Source: a phage. Taken from it: a stretch of 64,000 nucleotides of DNA. The translations under genes and the position numbers were made by a program. The notes under the pieces were generated by a model. That model did no database searches. It saw nothing but the letters and a program-made list of their open reading frames with translations, and had not been told where the DNA came from. Of the stretch, positions 54,195 through 63,171 are shown one piece after another (positions within the stretch are counted from its first letter, which is position 1; each line of letters opens with the position of its first letter). The stretch lies in NCBI GenBank assembly GCA_024683775.1, contig GCA_024683775.1_4106.1; one strand, given 5' to 3'.

Positions 54195-55688
54195 ATGCCA
54201 CAAGATAATGGGGATATGAAACATCGTAATGGTGGACTAGTACAACACTCGGATAAATGGGCCGACCGAAATCGTCGCAAAAATAGTTATCAAGCAGGAC
54301 AAGGTTCACGTGGTTCACGTAATCAAGGGACAGGTTTAGCTGGTAAGGCAAACGCAGAAGCAGGTGAAGTTAAGAGTACTGAGAACATGACTGAGCTAGA
54401 AAAGCTACGTTATGTTAACTCATTAGGTCTTCTTAACGCAACACAGAAACAACGCCTTGCTGATATGGAACGTGCTGAGAAAGAACAAGCAGTTCCTAAA
54501 GAAGAACCAAAACCAGAAGCTCCTAAAGCAGCTAACCCTGTTAAAGAGTTATCTGATAACTTAGGTAAGATCTTTGCTAACAAACCACAGTTGATTCAGG
54601 GTATTGTCAAAGCACTACAGGCAGTTCCTAAAGAAGAACTCAAAGGTAAAGCACAAGCTGTACTTGATGCAATGAAAGGTAATAAGAGCACTGAACCCAC
54701 TGAAGTATTCAGTACTATCATGCGTGCACTTGAAGGTACACACAAAGAAGATTCGAAAGAACCTGAACAGGGTGAAGCAAGTCTTGATGGTATTCTTAAA
54801 ACTTTTGATAGTATTGGTAAAGCAGACCGTGCTAATGCCCAGCAAGTCAAGAATGTACTGGCTAAACTTGAAAACCGTTTAGAAGGTAAAGACGATAAGG
54901 TTAAGCTCGTATCAGATGCAGTTAACAGTGCACTTAAATCTTATGTACAAGGTGAGAAAAGTCGCTTCGTAACAGCTATGGATGCTGCATTCAACACTAT
55001 GAAAAAGTATGAAGCAGAACATGGTGAGAAAGTGACACCTGATGGATATCTACTACGTAAAGATGAAGAAGGTGCAGTTGAACAGAAAGATGTTGAGCCT
55101 GAGCAAGAAGATCTACCTGATACCGTTGATATGGATGGATACATTCATCGTCCTGAGATGGAAGAGTTTGGGTCAGATAAAGAAGGTTTTGAACATGCAA
55201 TGGCAGTATATAAAGCATTAGTTAAAAATCCAGATTATGCTAACCGTTTTGTTGACGAGTTTGATAGTGCATGGAATAACTACAAAGACAAAGGTTATGA
55301 CTTCCCTGCTGAAGCTGCATTCTTTGAACTTGGTAAACTATTAGCTAAACATGGAATTGACGTTGGTTCATCTGATTCTGACGGTATGGAAGAAGAACAT
55401 CTTGAAATGACTGATAAATCAATTCATGAACTTCAAAAGTTAATGATGTGGATATCCGAGATTGGTAAAAAAGCAGGTGCTGATAGTAAAAGTATCAACA
55501 AAAATATTAGTTGGATTAAAGATAATGTTGGTAACAATGCTCGTAAACTTCAAAAGGCTTGGGCTGATTTAGTAAATGGTGCAGATGATGTTGACATTGA
55601 ATCACCAGAAGCATATGAGTATGCACTAACTACACTTGATAACTCATTCAAAGAGTACGACCGTGGTGTTGGAAAGGATAAAAAATAA
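54195..55688 (+). CDS. hypothetical large charged protein (K/E-rich)
   Basis: 497 aa; N-terminal LRYVNSLGLLNATQ resembles 52449-52832. Confidence 0.6.
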   Translation: MPQDNGDMKHRNGGLVQHSDKWADRNRRKNSYQAGQGSRGSRNQGTGLAGKANAEAGEVKSTENMTELEKLRYVNSLGLLNATQKQRLADMERAEKEQAVPKEEPKPEAPKAANPVKELSDNLGKIFANKPQLIQGIVKALQAVPKEELKGKAQAVLDAMKGNKSTEPTEVFSTIMRALEGTHKEDSKEPEQGEASLDGILKTFDSIGKADRANAQQVKNVLAKLENRLEGKDDKVKLVSDAVNSALKSYVQGEKSRFVTAMDAAFNTMKKYEAEHGEKVTPDGYLLRKDEEGAVEQKDVEPEQEDLPDTVDMDGYIHRPEMEEFGSDKEGFEHAMAVYKALVKNPDYANRFVDEFDSAWNNYKDKGYDFPAEAAFFELGKLLAKHGIDVGSSDSDGMEEEHLEMTDKSIHELQKLMMWISEIGKKAGADSKSINKNISWIKDNVGNNARKLQKAWADLVNGADDVDIESPEAYEYALTTLDNSFKEYDRGVGKDKK

Positions 55689-55697
55689 ACATTTAAA

Positions 55698-55730
55698 AGG
55701 TTGACTTCGGTCAACCTTTTTTTGTAAATA
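55698..55730 (+). promoter_or_regulatory. terminator-promoter cassette copy 5 (weak -10)
   Basis: hairpin aggTTGAC-ttcg-GTCAacct plus T7 run. Confidence 0.55.
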
Positions 55731-55759
55731 TTGTAGAGGGTTTTATAAGAGGTAATGCA

Positions 55760-56011
55760 ATGTTTAAATATGTTTTATTTTCACTTGTATTGTTTACTGA
55801 TATAGTTTATAGTACTGAATACCAGTGCTCTATTGCTAGACAGGAGTTTAGAAACGGTGAGTTCTATACCAAGTCTTACACTAGAGGATTGGTACATGAC
55901 AATAATAAAACTATAGGGTTCAATGCATTTGATAACAAAGATCGATATACGTCTGGAATACTATCTGAACGTAAGTCGGATGTAATAGGTATCGAGCATG
56001 AATTCCGGTGA
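55760..56011 (+). CDS. hypothetical secreted protein
   Basis: 83 aa, signal-like N-terminus. Confidence 0.5.
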   Translation: MFKYVLFSLVLFTDIVYSTEYQCSIARQEFRNGEFYTKSYTRGLVHDNNKTIGFNAFDNKDRYTSGILSERKSDVIGIEHEFR

Positions 56012-56372
56012 CACAGTTGCAATGTGTAATGATATTGAGAGTACTAAGAAAGTATATACTAATGGTGAAAATACCTTTAGATTCCACAATCTTACTACCA
56101 ATGAAAGTTTATACTTCTACAACTGTAAAGAGTTCATTAAACCTGTGGATAACTCATGTGATATGCCGGAGCCAAAAGCTGCTGTATGTGAGGAACCACA
56201 ATCCAAAGCTGACAAAGATTCAAAAGATAAGAAAGACAAAGCTGACAAATTGGATAAAAAAGAAAACAAAAAGAAAGCTAAAGATGATAAAGATAAAAAG
56301 TCCCCTAAGCCAAATCCATTTGAAAAGCCAAAGAATGAAAAGCCAAAACCAGACATGACATGTAAAATATAA
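55998..56372 (+). CDS. hypothetical protein with K/D-rich low-complexity C-terminus
   Basis: 124 aa; overlaps 55760-56011 by 14 nt in a different frame; alternative ORF 56008-56358 covers the same DNA. Confidence 0.4.
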   Translation: MNSGDTVAMCNDIESTKKVYTNGENTFRFHNLTTNESLYFYNCKEFIKPVDNSCDMPEPKAAVCEEPQSKADKDSKDKKDKADKLDKKENKKKAKDDKDKKSPKPNPFEKPKNEKPKPDMTCKI

Positions 56373-56379
56373 AAGAAAA

Positions 56380-56412
56380 GGGTTGACTTCGGTCGGCCCT
56401 TTTTGCTATAAT
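56380..56412 (+). promoter_or_regulatory. terminator-promoter cassette copy 6
   Basis: hairpin gggTTGAC-ttcg-GTCggccc, TTTTT, GCTATAAT (TATAAT 56407-56412). Confidence 0.6.
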
Positions 56413-56438
56413 CATTTCATCAACTACTGGAGGCAAAC

Positions 56439-56852
56439 ATGTTAAAAGTTATTTTCCGTTCTATCAGTTCATTACTTCTTATGATTAGTTCAGTTTCTTA
56501 TGCAAATGAAGTATCTGACTTGTTTGAGAAGAATTACCCAACTGCACAAGAGATGGGTGTTTTAAAATGCAAGCTAACTTCGTACAACATCATCGGCAGT
56601 AAACTTGTACTGGAACATGAACGTAGTACACCAATCCCTCTAGTAGAAGAAGGCAGTACCTTTAGCTTCAAGTACGGGGTGAACGTAACATCTGGTGTAA
56701 TGAACAATGTTGATGCAGAGACTGGTTCAACATGGAGTACTAGCGGTAAAGATGTGTTTCATCGTATGCGTGAAAATGGTAAACTGAAGTACGTATATGA
56801 AAGTTCATTCATGAAACGTGTATTCATTATAAAAAATTGTGTACCAGCATAA
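56439..56852 (+). CDS. hypothetical secreted protein
   Basis: 137 aa, signal-like N-terminus. Confidence 0.55.
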   Translation: MLKVIFRSISSLLLMISSVSYANEVSDLFEKNYPTAQEMGVLKCKLTSYNIIGSKLVLEHERSTPIPLVEEGSTFSFKYGVNVTSGVMNNVDAETGSTWSTSGKDVFHRMRENGKLKYVYESSFMKRVFIIKNCVPA

Positions 56853-56863
56853 GGAACAACATC

Positions 56864-57139
56864 ATGCGTTCATTTGAAAACTTAATCGGTAAACTTCGCT
56901 TACAAGAAATTGAAGATGATGTGAAGGAATTATCTGAAACTAAGAGTTACATTCATTTAGATGAACTGTTTATTAAGTACGGTGAGATTGGTTTTAAGTC
57001 ATTATTTGTTTTTGTCATGAAGGTGCATAGTTTAAAGTACTTTGATTTGAGTTCAAAAGACGGACAACCAAATCTGTATTACATGTATTATCTTAAGAAC
57101 ATAGACGAAGCTAATACATTATTCTTAGAATATATGTAG
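56864..57139 (+). CDS. hypothetical protein
   Basis: ORF frame 56837-57139; SD aaggaa. Confidence 0.5.
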   Translation: MRSFENLIGKLRLQEIEDDVKELSETKSYIHLDELFIKYGEIGFKSLFVFVMKVHSLKYFDLSSKDGQPNLYYMYYLKNIDEANTLFLEYM

Positions 57140-57148
57140 GGGGTAAAA

Positions 57149-57487
57149 ATGGAACATCATTTTGAATTAATTAATAAGGTATCATTTTATGTAGTATCGT
57201 TAATTTGGGTGTATTACATGTTTTGTTACATTATTGCATTCTTCCGATACACAACCTTGTATCAACGCATATACTACGATGCACCCATTTCATTTATGAT
57301 GTTCTGTGCATGTACGTGGGGGATAATTGAAGCACTGGTATGTGGATATAGTACTGACGAATTAAATCTCGTATCGGGGTTGACATTACTAACAATTGCC
57401 ATTATGATAGCTACTGTTCCGATATTTTTGCTCTTTAAACTGCTTCATCGTATTGATGAGTGGCGTAATAAAATCCCTGAAAAGTAA
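57149..57487 (+). CDS. small membrane protein, paralog family M (C-terminal R-x-K-I-P-E)
   Basis: 112 aa; three hydrophobic helices; tail ...RNKIPEK. Confidence 0.55.
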   Translation: MEHHFELINKVSFYVVSLIWVYYMFCYIIAFFRYTTLYQRIYYDAPISFMMFCACTWGIIEALVCGYSTDELNLVSGLTLLTIAIMIATVPIFLLFKLLHRIDEWRNKIPEK

Positions 57488-57490
57488 GGA

Positions 57491-57838
57491 TTGATAATGA
57501 TTTTTTACACTAATGCGTTTGCTTATGCCGTTGCATCAATCTACATTGTGTACTTCTTATTTGGTGGAGTACTGTACTTCTTTAAGTACAAAACATTGTT
57601 TAACCGAATGTATCCAAATCATCCAATTGTAGTAGTACTTTTGATTATTTCTGTTGCTCACATCATTGTAGAAACAATAATGGGTATCAGTGCAGTACAT
57701 TACAGTCTAGGTACTATTGTAATTATTACTATGATCATCGCATACATTTTAGTAATGGGTTTTGGTTTATTTGGAAATGTAGCAATGAAATTGTATAATC
57801 GAATCAAAACATTACGTGATAATCTACCGGAGCGTTGA
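57491..57838 (+). CDS. small membrane protein, paralog family M
   Basis: 115 aa; tail ...RDNLPER. Confidence 0.55.
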   Translation: MIMIFYTNAFAYAVASIYIVYFLFGGVLYFFKYKTLFNRMYPNHPIVVVLLIISVAHIIVETIMGISAVHYSLGTIVIITMIIAYILVMGFGLFGNVAMKLYNRIKTLRDNLPER

Positions 57839-57839
57839 G

Positions 57840-58184
57840 ATGTATAATTTAAATTTAATATCATATATCATAACAACACTGTTTACTTTCTATGCCTTTG
57901 TTGGTATACTCCTACTGTACTTTAAATTTTATAAACTTTTTGATCGTTTTTATCCGTCATTAGAACATGAATTCTTATTAGTGATGTACATATGTCTAAC
58001 GTTTATGTCTACATTTTTCACTGCATCTGATGGTATCATTGGTATTAAAGCTGAAGAACCAAATGGGAGTACGCTTGTTGCCTTTATTCTGGTAGGATTT
58101 TTCAGTACTTATATTACCTTTATTTCAGGATGTACCGTGATTGATTATCTTGTGAAATTACGAGATAAAATGCCAAATCGATAG
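57840..58184 (+). CDS. small membrane protein, paralog family M
   Basis: ORF frame 57816-58184; tail ...RDKMPNR. Confidence 0.5.
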   Translation: MYNLNLISYIITTLFTFYAFVGILLLYFKFYKLFDRFYPSLEHEFLLVMYICLTFMSTFFTASDGIIGIKAEEPNGSTLVAFILVGFFSTYITFISGCTVIDYLVKLRDKMPNR

Positions 58185-58193
58185 GGGATTGCT

Positions 58194-58451
58194 ATGTTTG
58201 CATTGCGTAATAAAAATACAAAAGAGATTCTGTGTATCTCAACAGTATGGGATTGTGCAGGAAGTGAAATGATTCTCGAAGAAGGTTCAGGTGATTGTGT
58301 TTATGTTGTTCAGGATCGTCGCGAACTGGAATCATTACTTGACGAATTTAATGCTGGTGGAAATCCTAAAAGTACTCAATTCCCTGAGATCAGGAATCCA
58401 GCACCACCAGGCTCTTATGAAATTCTACAACTGTGGGAGATGGATAAGTAA
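58194..58451 (+). CDS. hypothetical protein
   Basis: 85 aa ORF. Confidence 0.5.
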   Translation: MFALRNKNTKEILCISTVWDCAGSEMILEEGSGDCVYVVQDRRELESLLDEFNAGGNPKSTQFPEIRNPAPPGSYEILQLWEMDK

Positions 58452-58831
58452 TGCGTCAAATGCACAAAGTAACCGAGCTAAACAAGCGTCTGATTAAACA
58501 ATCAATGTTTGAGGATAAAGAGTCTTACTATAACTTCAAACGTGCTGTAGAGGCTGCTATCCACATTCAGAAGCTTAAAGATAGTGGATGTATTATTCTC
58601 GAAAATGGTTCTGACGTTGTTACTGATGACTTCAGTGTAGCGTTTGATGTTTCACCTGATGGTTCGCTATCAATGCCACGCTTAGGGACTGGTGACATGA
58701 CTGTGTGGGTAGGTTTCACTATGGGGAATGTACCAGGCACGGTGTATGTAGATGATGCTGAGTTGAAAGAAAGCTTCAAAAACTTATCGCATCTTGAACC
58801 ACAATACGCACATGAAATGAATTTATTTTGA
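58451..58831 (+). CDS. hypothetical protein
   Basis: 126 aa ORF. Confidence 0.55.
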   Translation: MRQMHKVTELNKRLIKQSMFEDKESYYNFKRAVEAAIHIQKLKDSGCIILENGSDVVTDDFSVAFDVSPDGSLSMPRLGTGDMTVWVGFTMGNVPGTVYVDDAELKESFKNLSHLEPQYAHEMNLF

Positions 58832-58833
58832 GT

Positions 58834-58860
58834 TGACAAACTCATTCAGTACTGTATAAT
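58834..58860 (+). promoter_or_regulatory. class-B promoter TTGACA...ttcagtactg-TATAAT
   Basis: TTGACA 58834-58839, TATAAT 58855-58860. Confidence 0.5.
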
Positions 58861-58907
58861 GTTTATCAAGGGGATGAACTTCTCATCCCCACAATCGAGG
58901 AATTGTC

Positions 58908-59462
58908 ATGATTACTTTTAAGAAAACTGCTAACCACATCCATGAGATCTACATTAACGGTCACAAAGCTGGCCTTCTTCGTTTACTCGCCCATCATCCG
59001 AATATTACCGTATCTGATAATGAACCTAAAGATTGGCGTGTATTTTTCTTTGGAAAGTACAGTGATTTTCAAGTATCAAACCTGAAGAACATTCGTTCAG
59101 TATGCACGTTAACTGAAATTAAAGAAAAGTTAACCAAAGCATTGAAAACTAATCCAGATAGTGTTCTTCCACCTGATAACTTTGTAGAGAAAGGATATGC
59201 CTTAGCTCATTTCAAAGATGGTACTATTCAATCTATCAGTACTGAATATGAATATCAATGGACTGAGTACTTCACTTATGGATCGCGTAATACATTGATG
59301 GCTTCACGTAGTAAATTGGAAGAAGTACTGACTCGTATGAATGAACGCGAGCGTCAATTTTATGACAAACCAGAAATGTGGAGTTCAACTTACATTGACC
59401 GTATTGACTATGTTATTATGACTCCAATCTTTGACACTGCTTACTATGATTCTTTGAAATAA
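58908..59462 (+). CDS. hypothetical protein
   Basis: 184 aa ORF. Confidence 0.55.
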   Translation: MITFKKTANHIHEIYINGHKAGLLRLLAHHPNITVSDNEPKDWRVFFFGKYSDFQVSNLKNIRSVCTLTEIKEKLTKALKTNPDSVLPPDNFVEKGYALAHFKDGTIQSISTEYEYQWTEYFTYGSRNTLMASRSKLEEVLTRMNERERQFYDKPEMWSSTYIDRIDYVIMTPIFDTAYYDSLK

Positions 59463-59473
59463 GGATAACTTAT

Positions 59474-59650
59474 ATGAAACTACGTACTCGTAATCGACTG
59501 ATGGATGCACTGTACCATGAACAGCTTTCACTGAATGAAGTGAAGCGTCAGTTAATGTACACATATCTGTTACCCGCTCGCATTGCAAAACAACGTGCTA
59601 AAGAATTGCTGAAAGAAGCAATCGAGTACTGGGAATCTGATTCGTACTAA
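59474..59650 (+). CDS. possible small protein (58 aa)
   Basis: SD aaggata; my translation MKLRTRNRLMDALYHEQLSLNEVKRQLMYTYLLPARIAKQRAKELLKEAIEYWESDSY. Confidence 0.45.
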   Translation: MKLRTRNRLMDALYHEQLSLNEVKRQLMYTYLLPARIAKQRAKELLKEAIEYWESDSY

Positions 59651-59678
59651 TTGTCACGTTAATTAAGTGAGGCGATAA

Positions 59679-59930
59679 ATGAAAATTTTATTAGTTCTAA
59701 TACTACTAATTGTTTTACCATTTACGTTAGTATCCCCTGAACTTGCATGGAATGTGTTTGTGTACTTACTATGTACTATTGTAGTAAATGGTATCTTGTT
59801 CTTAGTTCTATTCATAAATGGAATAGGACACGGTGGAGGATGGACCAGTACTGCTGATATTGTACATAAAACCACTATGTCTTTATTTGTAGTGTGGAAT
59901 TTATTCTGGACTTGGTTTGTGTTCTTCTAA
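59679..59930 (+). CDS. hypothetical membrane protein
   Basis: 83 aa ORF. Confidence 0.5.
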   Translation: MKILLVLILLIVLPFTLVSPELAWNVFVYLLCTIVVNGILFLVLFINGIGHGGGWTSTADIVHKTTMSLFVVWNLFWTWFVFF

Positions 59931-59939
59931 TTAAAAAAT

Positions 59940-60311
59940 ATGAATATAGATTTGAAAGGTGCAACCCGAACTGTCATACTCATTGGGGAATATGCTATCA
60001 AGATTCCAACCTTTAAAAGTTGGAAGCTATTCTTAACAGGGATGATAGCTAACCTCAATGAACGTTCTTGGATGCAGTACTCCAAGCGTAGTGATAGTGG
60101 TATCTGCCCTACGTTGTGGTCATCATGTACTGGACTAGTAACTGTACAGAAACGTTGTAAGCCAGTACAACATAGGGGTTTATTTTGGGTGGAGTTGTGT
60201 GCTTTAGCATTGGATTCAGAGTTGAGTACTGACTTCTTCTATTCAGATGCGAAGCCAGAAAACTTTGGGTATCTGGGTGGTAAGTTAGTTAAACTTGATT
60301 ATGGAGATTAA
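59940..60311 (+). CDS. hypothetical protein
   Basis: 123 aa ORF. Confidence 0.5.
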   Translation: MNIDLKGATRTVILIGEYAIKIPTFKSWKLFLTGMIANLNERSWMQYSKRSDSGICPTLWSSCTGLVTVQKRCKPVQHRGLFWVELCALALDSELSTDFFYSDAKPENFGYLGGKLVKLDYGD

Positions 60312-60312
60312 T

Positions 60313-60600
60313 ATGTACGCACTGTATAATAAAGAAAAGAAACAATTTGCTAAGGTTGAAAAATCGATTGATACATTTGGCATGTTTAAGTACTGTATTG
60401 TGACGGACCCATATGCTAACTTGTATTACGTTCTTGATGACGTATCAGTACTGCAACGATTGCTTGAACGTTCCAAAAGCCAATGCCAAGGTATCCATGA
60501 TGGTTCAACTTATGAAACACCTGAGTGTTCCTATGGCTATCTGGATGGGTATGAGATTGTGAAGTTGGGTGCATTGTTGAATAAATGGATTAAACAATGA
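60313..60600 (+). CDS. hypothetical protein
   Basis: ORF frame 60295-60600. Confidence 0.5.
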   Translation: MYALYNKEKKQFAKVEKSIDTFGMFKYCIVTDPYANLYYVLDDVSVLQRLLERSKSQCQGIHDGSTYETPECSYGYLDGYEIVKLGALLNKWIKQ

Positions 60601-61010
60601 AGAAGTGTATCACGTGTAATATTGAAAAAGACATTAGTGAATTTGGTATAAGAAGTGATACTGGGAAACATAGAAATACATGCAAAGGTTGTAGTAATAT
60701 TACCAGTAAGAGAACCAGAAATAAAAAAACTGATGTAAAAACACTTGAAGAAATCAAAAGAAAAAATAAAGATTTCATGACCAGAGTTAAATCATTTTAT
60801 GGTTGTAGTGTTTGTATGATGAAGTATCCAGAATGTTTAGACTTTCACCATCTTGACCCTAATACCAAAGAACATACACCAAGTTCTATGTTCAGTAAAA
60901 GTCGAGAATCTATCAAAGATGAAATTCGAAAGTGTATGATTCTTTGTTCTAATCACCATCGCATGGTACATTCTGGTAGACTATGTTTGATTGAAAGAAA
61001 AAAGGGTTGA
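60597..61010 (+). CDS. HNH endonuclease
   Basis: 137 aa; CITC...C..C...CSVCMM...FHHLDPNTK...CSNHHRMVH. Confidence 0.75.
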   Translation: MKKCITCNIEKDISEFGIRSDTGKHRNTCKGCSNITSKRTRNKKTDVKTLEEIKRKNKDFMTRVKSFYGCSVCMMKYPECLDFHHLDPNTKEHTPSSMFSKSRESIKDEIRKCMILCSNHHRMVHSGRLCLIERKKG

Positions 61011-61036
61011 CTTCGGTCAGCCCTTTTTGCTATAAT
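61004..61036 (+). promoter_or_regulatory. terminator-promoter cassette copy 7
   Basis: hairpin gggTTGAC-ttcg-GTCAgccc 61004-61023, TTTTT, TATAAT 61031-61036. Confidence 0.6.
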
Positions 61037-61064
61037 CATTTCATCGAAACGAGAGGATGAATAC

Positions 61065-61580
61065 ATGACACGCATTAACTTAGTACACGTTAAAGAACTT
61101 GCTGACCAACATCTGATGGCTGAATATCGTGAACTCCCACGTGTGTTTGGTGCTGTACAAAAACATGTTCAAGCACGTAAGCGAGTCCGTGATTTCAAAA
61201 TTAACAGTACTTACCTGTTAGGTTCAGGTCATGTAACATTCTTCTACAACAAGTTATTGTACTTACAGAAGCGTCATATTGATATTGTTAACGAATGTTT
61301 GCGTCGTGGGATGAAGATTCAAAACACTGAAGTAAACGACATTAGCGGATTCCCTACTGAGTTTTGTAATGACTACGTACCATCGGAGTCAGAGATTAAA
61401 ATGTCTCGTGAGCGTTTGATTGAGAAGCTACAGATGAAGCCTACGTGGTATAAGTTTACTGATGTTGAACGCCCACAGTACGTTAAAGATATGCAGGACG
61501 TAAGTAGTAATATAGAATCTAGTACTGATATGTTCGACGAAATTGAAGAACAAATCAAAGATGAAATGAATAATTATTAA
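61065..61580 (+). CDS. denV: pyrimidine-dimer DNA glycosylase/AP lyase (T4 endonuclease V family)
   Basis: 171 aa; N-terminus [31 protein letters not shown]... recalled as near-identical to the T4 EndoV N-terminus (active-site Thr2 and Glu23 context). Confidence 0.85.
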   Translation: MTRINLVHVKELADQHLMAEYRELPRVFGAVQKHVQARKRVRDFKINSTYLLGSGHVTFFYNKLLYLQKRHIDIVNECLRRGMKIQNTEVNDISGFPTEFCNDYVPSESEIKMSRERLIEKLQMKPTWYKFTDVERPQYVKDMQDVSSNIESSTDMFDEIEEQIKDEMNNY

Positions 61581-61586
61581 AGGTAA

Positions 61587-61619
61587 GGGTTGACTTCGGT
61601 CAGCCCTTTTTGCTATAAT
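61587..61619 (+). promoter_or_regulatory. terminator-promoter cassette copy 8
   Basis: hairpin gggTTGAC-ttcg-GTCAgccc 61587-61606, TTTTT, TATAAT 61614-61619. Confidence 0.6.
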
Positions 61620-61647
61620 TATTTCATCAACTGATGAGGATAACGAA

Positions 61648-62418
61648 ATGACCAGAGAAGCCCGTAGCATTCAAATCCAGAAAAACTTCAACTCCATGAT
61701 GGTTGCTCTTGAGTGTTTGCTCGATGATAGCAGTACTGTAAAAAGTATGGTTGTCAGCGGTGCACCTGGTGTTGGTAAGACTTACACCCTGTCACAACGC
61801 CTCCAGAAAGCTCATGACGCAGCAGAATGGAACGTAGCTACTATCAGTGGTAAGATGACTACTCTTGCTCTGTATGAAGTTCTGTACAAGAATCGTCACA
61901 GCACCAACGTATTAGTACTGGATGATATGGACAGCATCTTTGATTCAGAAGACGGTATGAACCTGCTCAAAGCAGTACTGGACAGCGGTAAACGTACTGT
62001 GTCTTACATGACTAGCTCTAAGTACTTAACTACCAACGGTATCCCTAACAGCTTTGATTTTAACGGTCGTATCGTATTCATTACTAACAAAGATTTGGCA
62101 CTGAATGCTAAAGCTAAAACCAAAATGTCTGCTCACTATGCTGCTCTTATGTCTCGCTCTGTGTATGTTGACTTACAGATCCAGACTAAAAGCGATATCA
62201 TGATTCACATTGAAAACGTAATGAACAAGACCAACATCCTGTCAACTAAAGGTGTTAATAGTAATGGTAGCAAAGCAATCCTGAATTGGATGCTGAAACA
62301 TGAAGATGCACTTCGTGCTCCTTCACTGCGTATGCCTCTGTTGATTTCAGCAGTATACAACAACAACCCGTATGATTGGGAAGAGCAGTGCGAAAACTTG
62401 TTCCTTGAGAAAATTTAA
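61648..62418 (+). CDS. P-loop NTPase (AAA-like ATPase)
   Basis: 256 aa; Walker A GAPGVGKT; Walker B-like VLVLDDMD. Confidence 0.6.
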   Translation: MTREARSIQIQKNFNSMMVALECLLDDSSTVKSMVVSGAPGVGKTYTLSQRLQKAHDAAEWNVATISGKMTTLALYEVLYKNRHSTNVLVLDDMDSIFDSEDGMNLLKAVLDSGKRTVSYMTSSKYLTTNGIPNSFDFNGRIVFITNKDLALNAKAKTKMSAHYAALMSRSVYVDLQIQTKSDIMIHIENVMNKTNILSTKGVNSNGSKAILNWMLKHEDALRAPSLRMPLLISAVYNNNPYDWEEQCENLFLEKI

Positions 62419-62485
62419 TTACATGTATTGACAGTACTACCATAGTGTAGTACTATAACTTAATATTCACCACCGGAGATACGAT

Positions 62486-62824
62486 ATGCTTGAGTTTTTT
62501 AATTCAGATACAATGCTTAGTATTACTTTGATTTATCTGTTTGGTTTTTTCTTTTATCATGCACTAGTTGTAGTACTATGGTATTTTAAAAAGAAAATCG
62601 TTTTCAAACTGTATCCTGATGGAAACATTTCACTACTTCTTTTCACTATTATCCAAGGTATGTTTGCAATTGTTGGTCTTATCGCACACTTAATTTATTG
62701 TGCTAATCCACAGTTGAACTCAATATCACAATATATTGTATTCCTTGGATTACTAATTTGGGTGCTGATATACTTGTTTAATCTCATCATTAATGGTAGA
62801 GCAAAAATTCGTGGGGACTTCTAA
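62486..62824 (+). CDS. small membrane protein, paralog family M
   Basis: 112 aa, three TM helices. Confidence 0.55.
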   Translation: MLEFFNSDTMLSITLIYLFGFFFYHALVVVLWYFKKKIVFKLYPDGNISLLLFTIIQGMFAIVGLIAHLIYCANPQLNSISQYIVFLGLLIWVLIYLFNLIINGRAKIRGDF

Positions 62825-63171
62825 TGTTTGAATCTTATCTTGAGTTTTTAAAGAGTAGTTCTGTTGCACATTCAATTGCAGGGATTATTCTAACAGGTTA
62901 TGTAACATTTTGGGTAGTTATGTTTCTAGGATGGTATTTTAAACGACAATTCTATAAGCGTAATGGTGAAGATTTTATGAATTCTTTCATTAATCAATCG
63001 TTGTTTGCATCAACATTGATAGCATGTATTGTAGCAACACTCACAGGAAAGGTACTGCCAGCATTCTCCGCAGTTTACGGTACATTGGGTATGATATGTG
63101 TAGTTTTTTACTTGACCATTAAACTTTGTTGTGTTATGATTGAACTTCGAAACAAGATACCGGAGGAATGA
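62824..63171 (+). CDS. small membrane protein, paralog family M
   Basis: 115 aa; tail ...LRNKIPEE. Confidence 0.55.
   Translation: MFESYLEFLKSSSVAHSIAGIILTGYVTFWVVMFLGWYFKRQFYKRNGEDFMNSFINQSLFASTLIACIVATLTGKVLPAFSAVYGTLGMICVVFYLTIKLCCVMIELRNKIPEE

Noticed and set aside
56008-56358. Alternative 116-aa ORF in the K/D-rich region
   Set aside because: Same DNA as 55998-56372 in another frame; low-complexity A-rich sequence keeps several frames open. The frame with a Cys-containing N-terminal segment was preferred, with low confidence.
41118-61619. The eight near-identical 33-bp cassettes as a possible CRISPR array or miniature transposable element
   Set aside because: Spacing is irregular (hundreds to thousands of bp, each between complete genes), there are no short unique spacers, no cas genes and no terminal inverted repeats or target-site duplications; the structure fits a terminator plus promoter.
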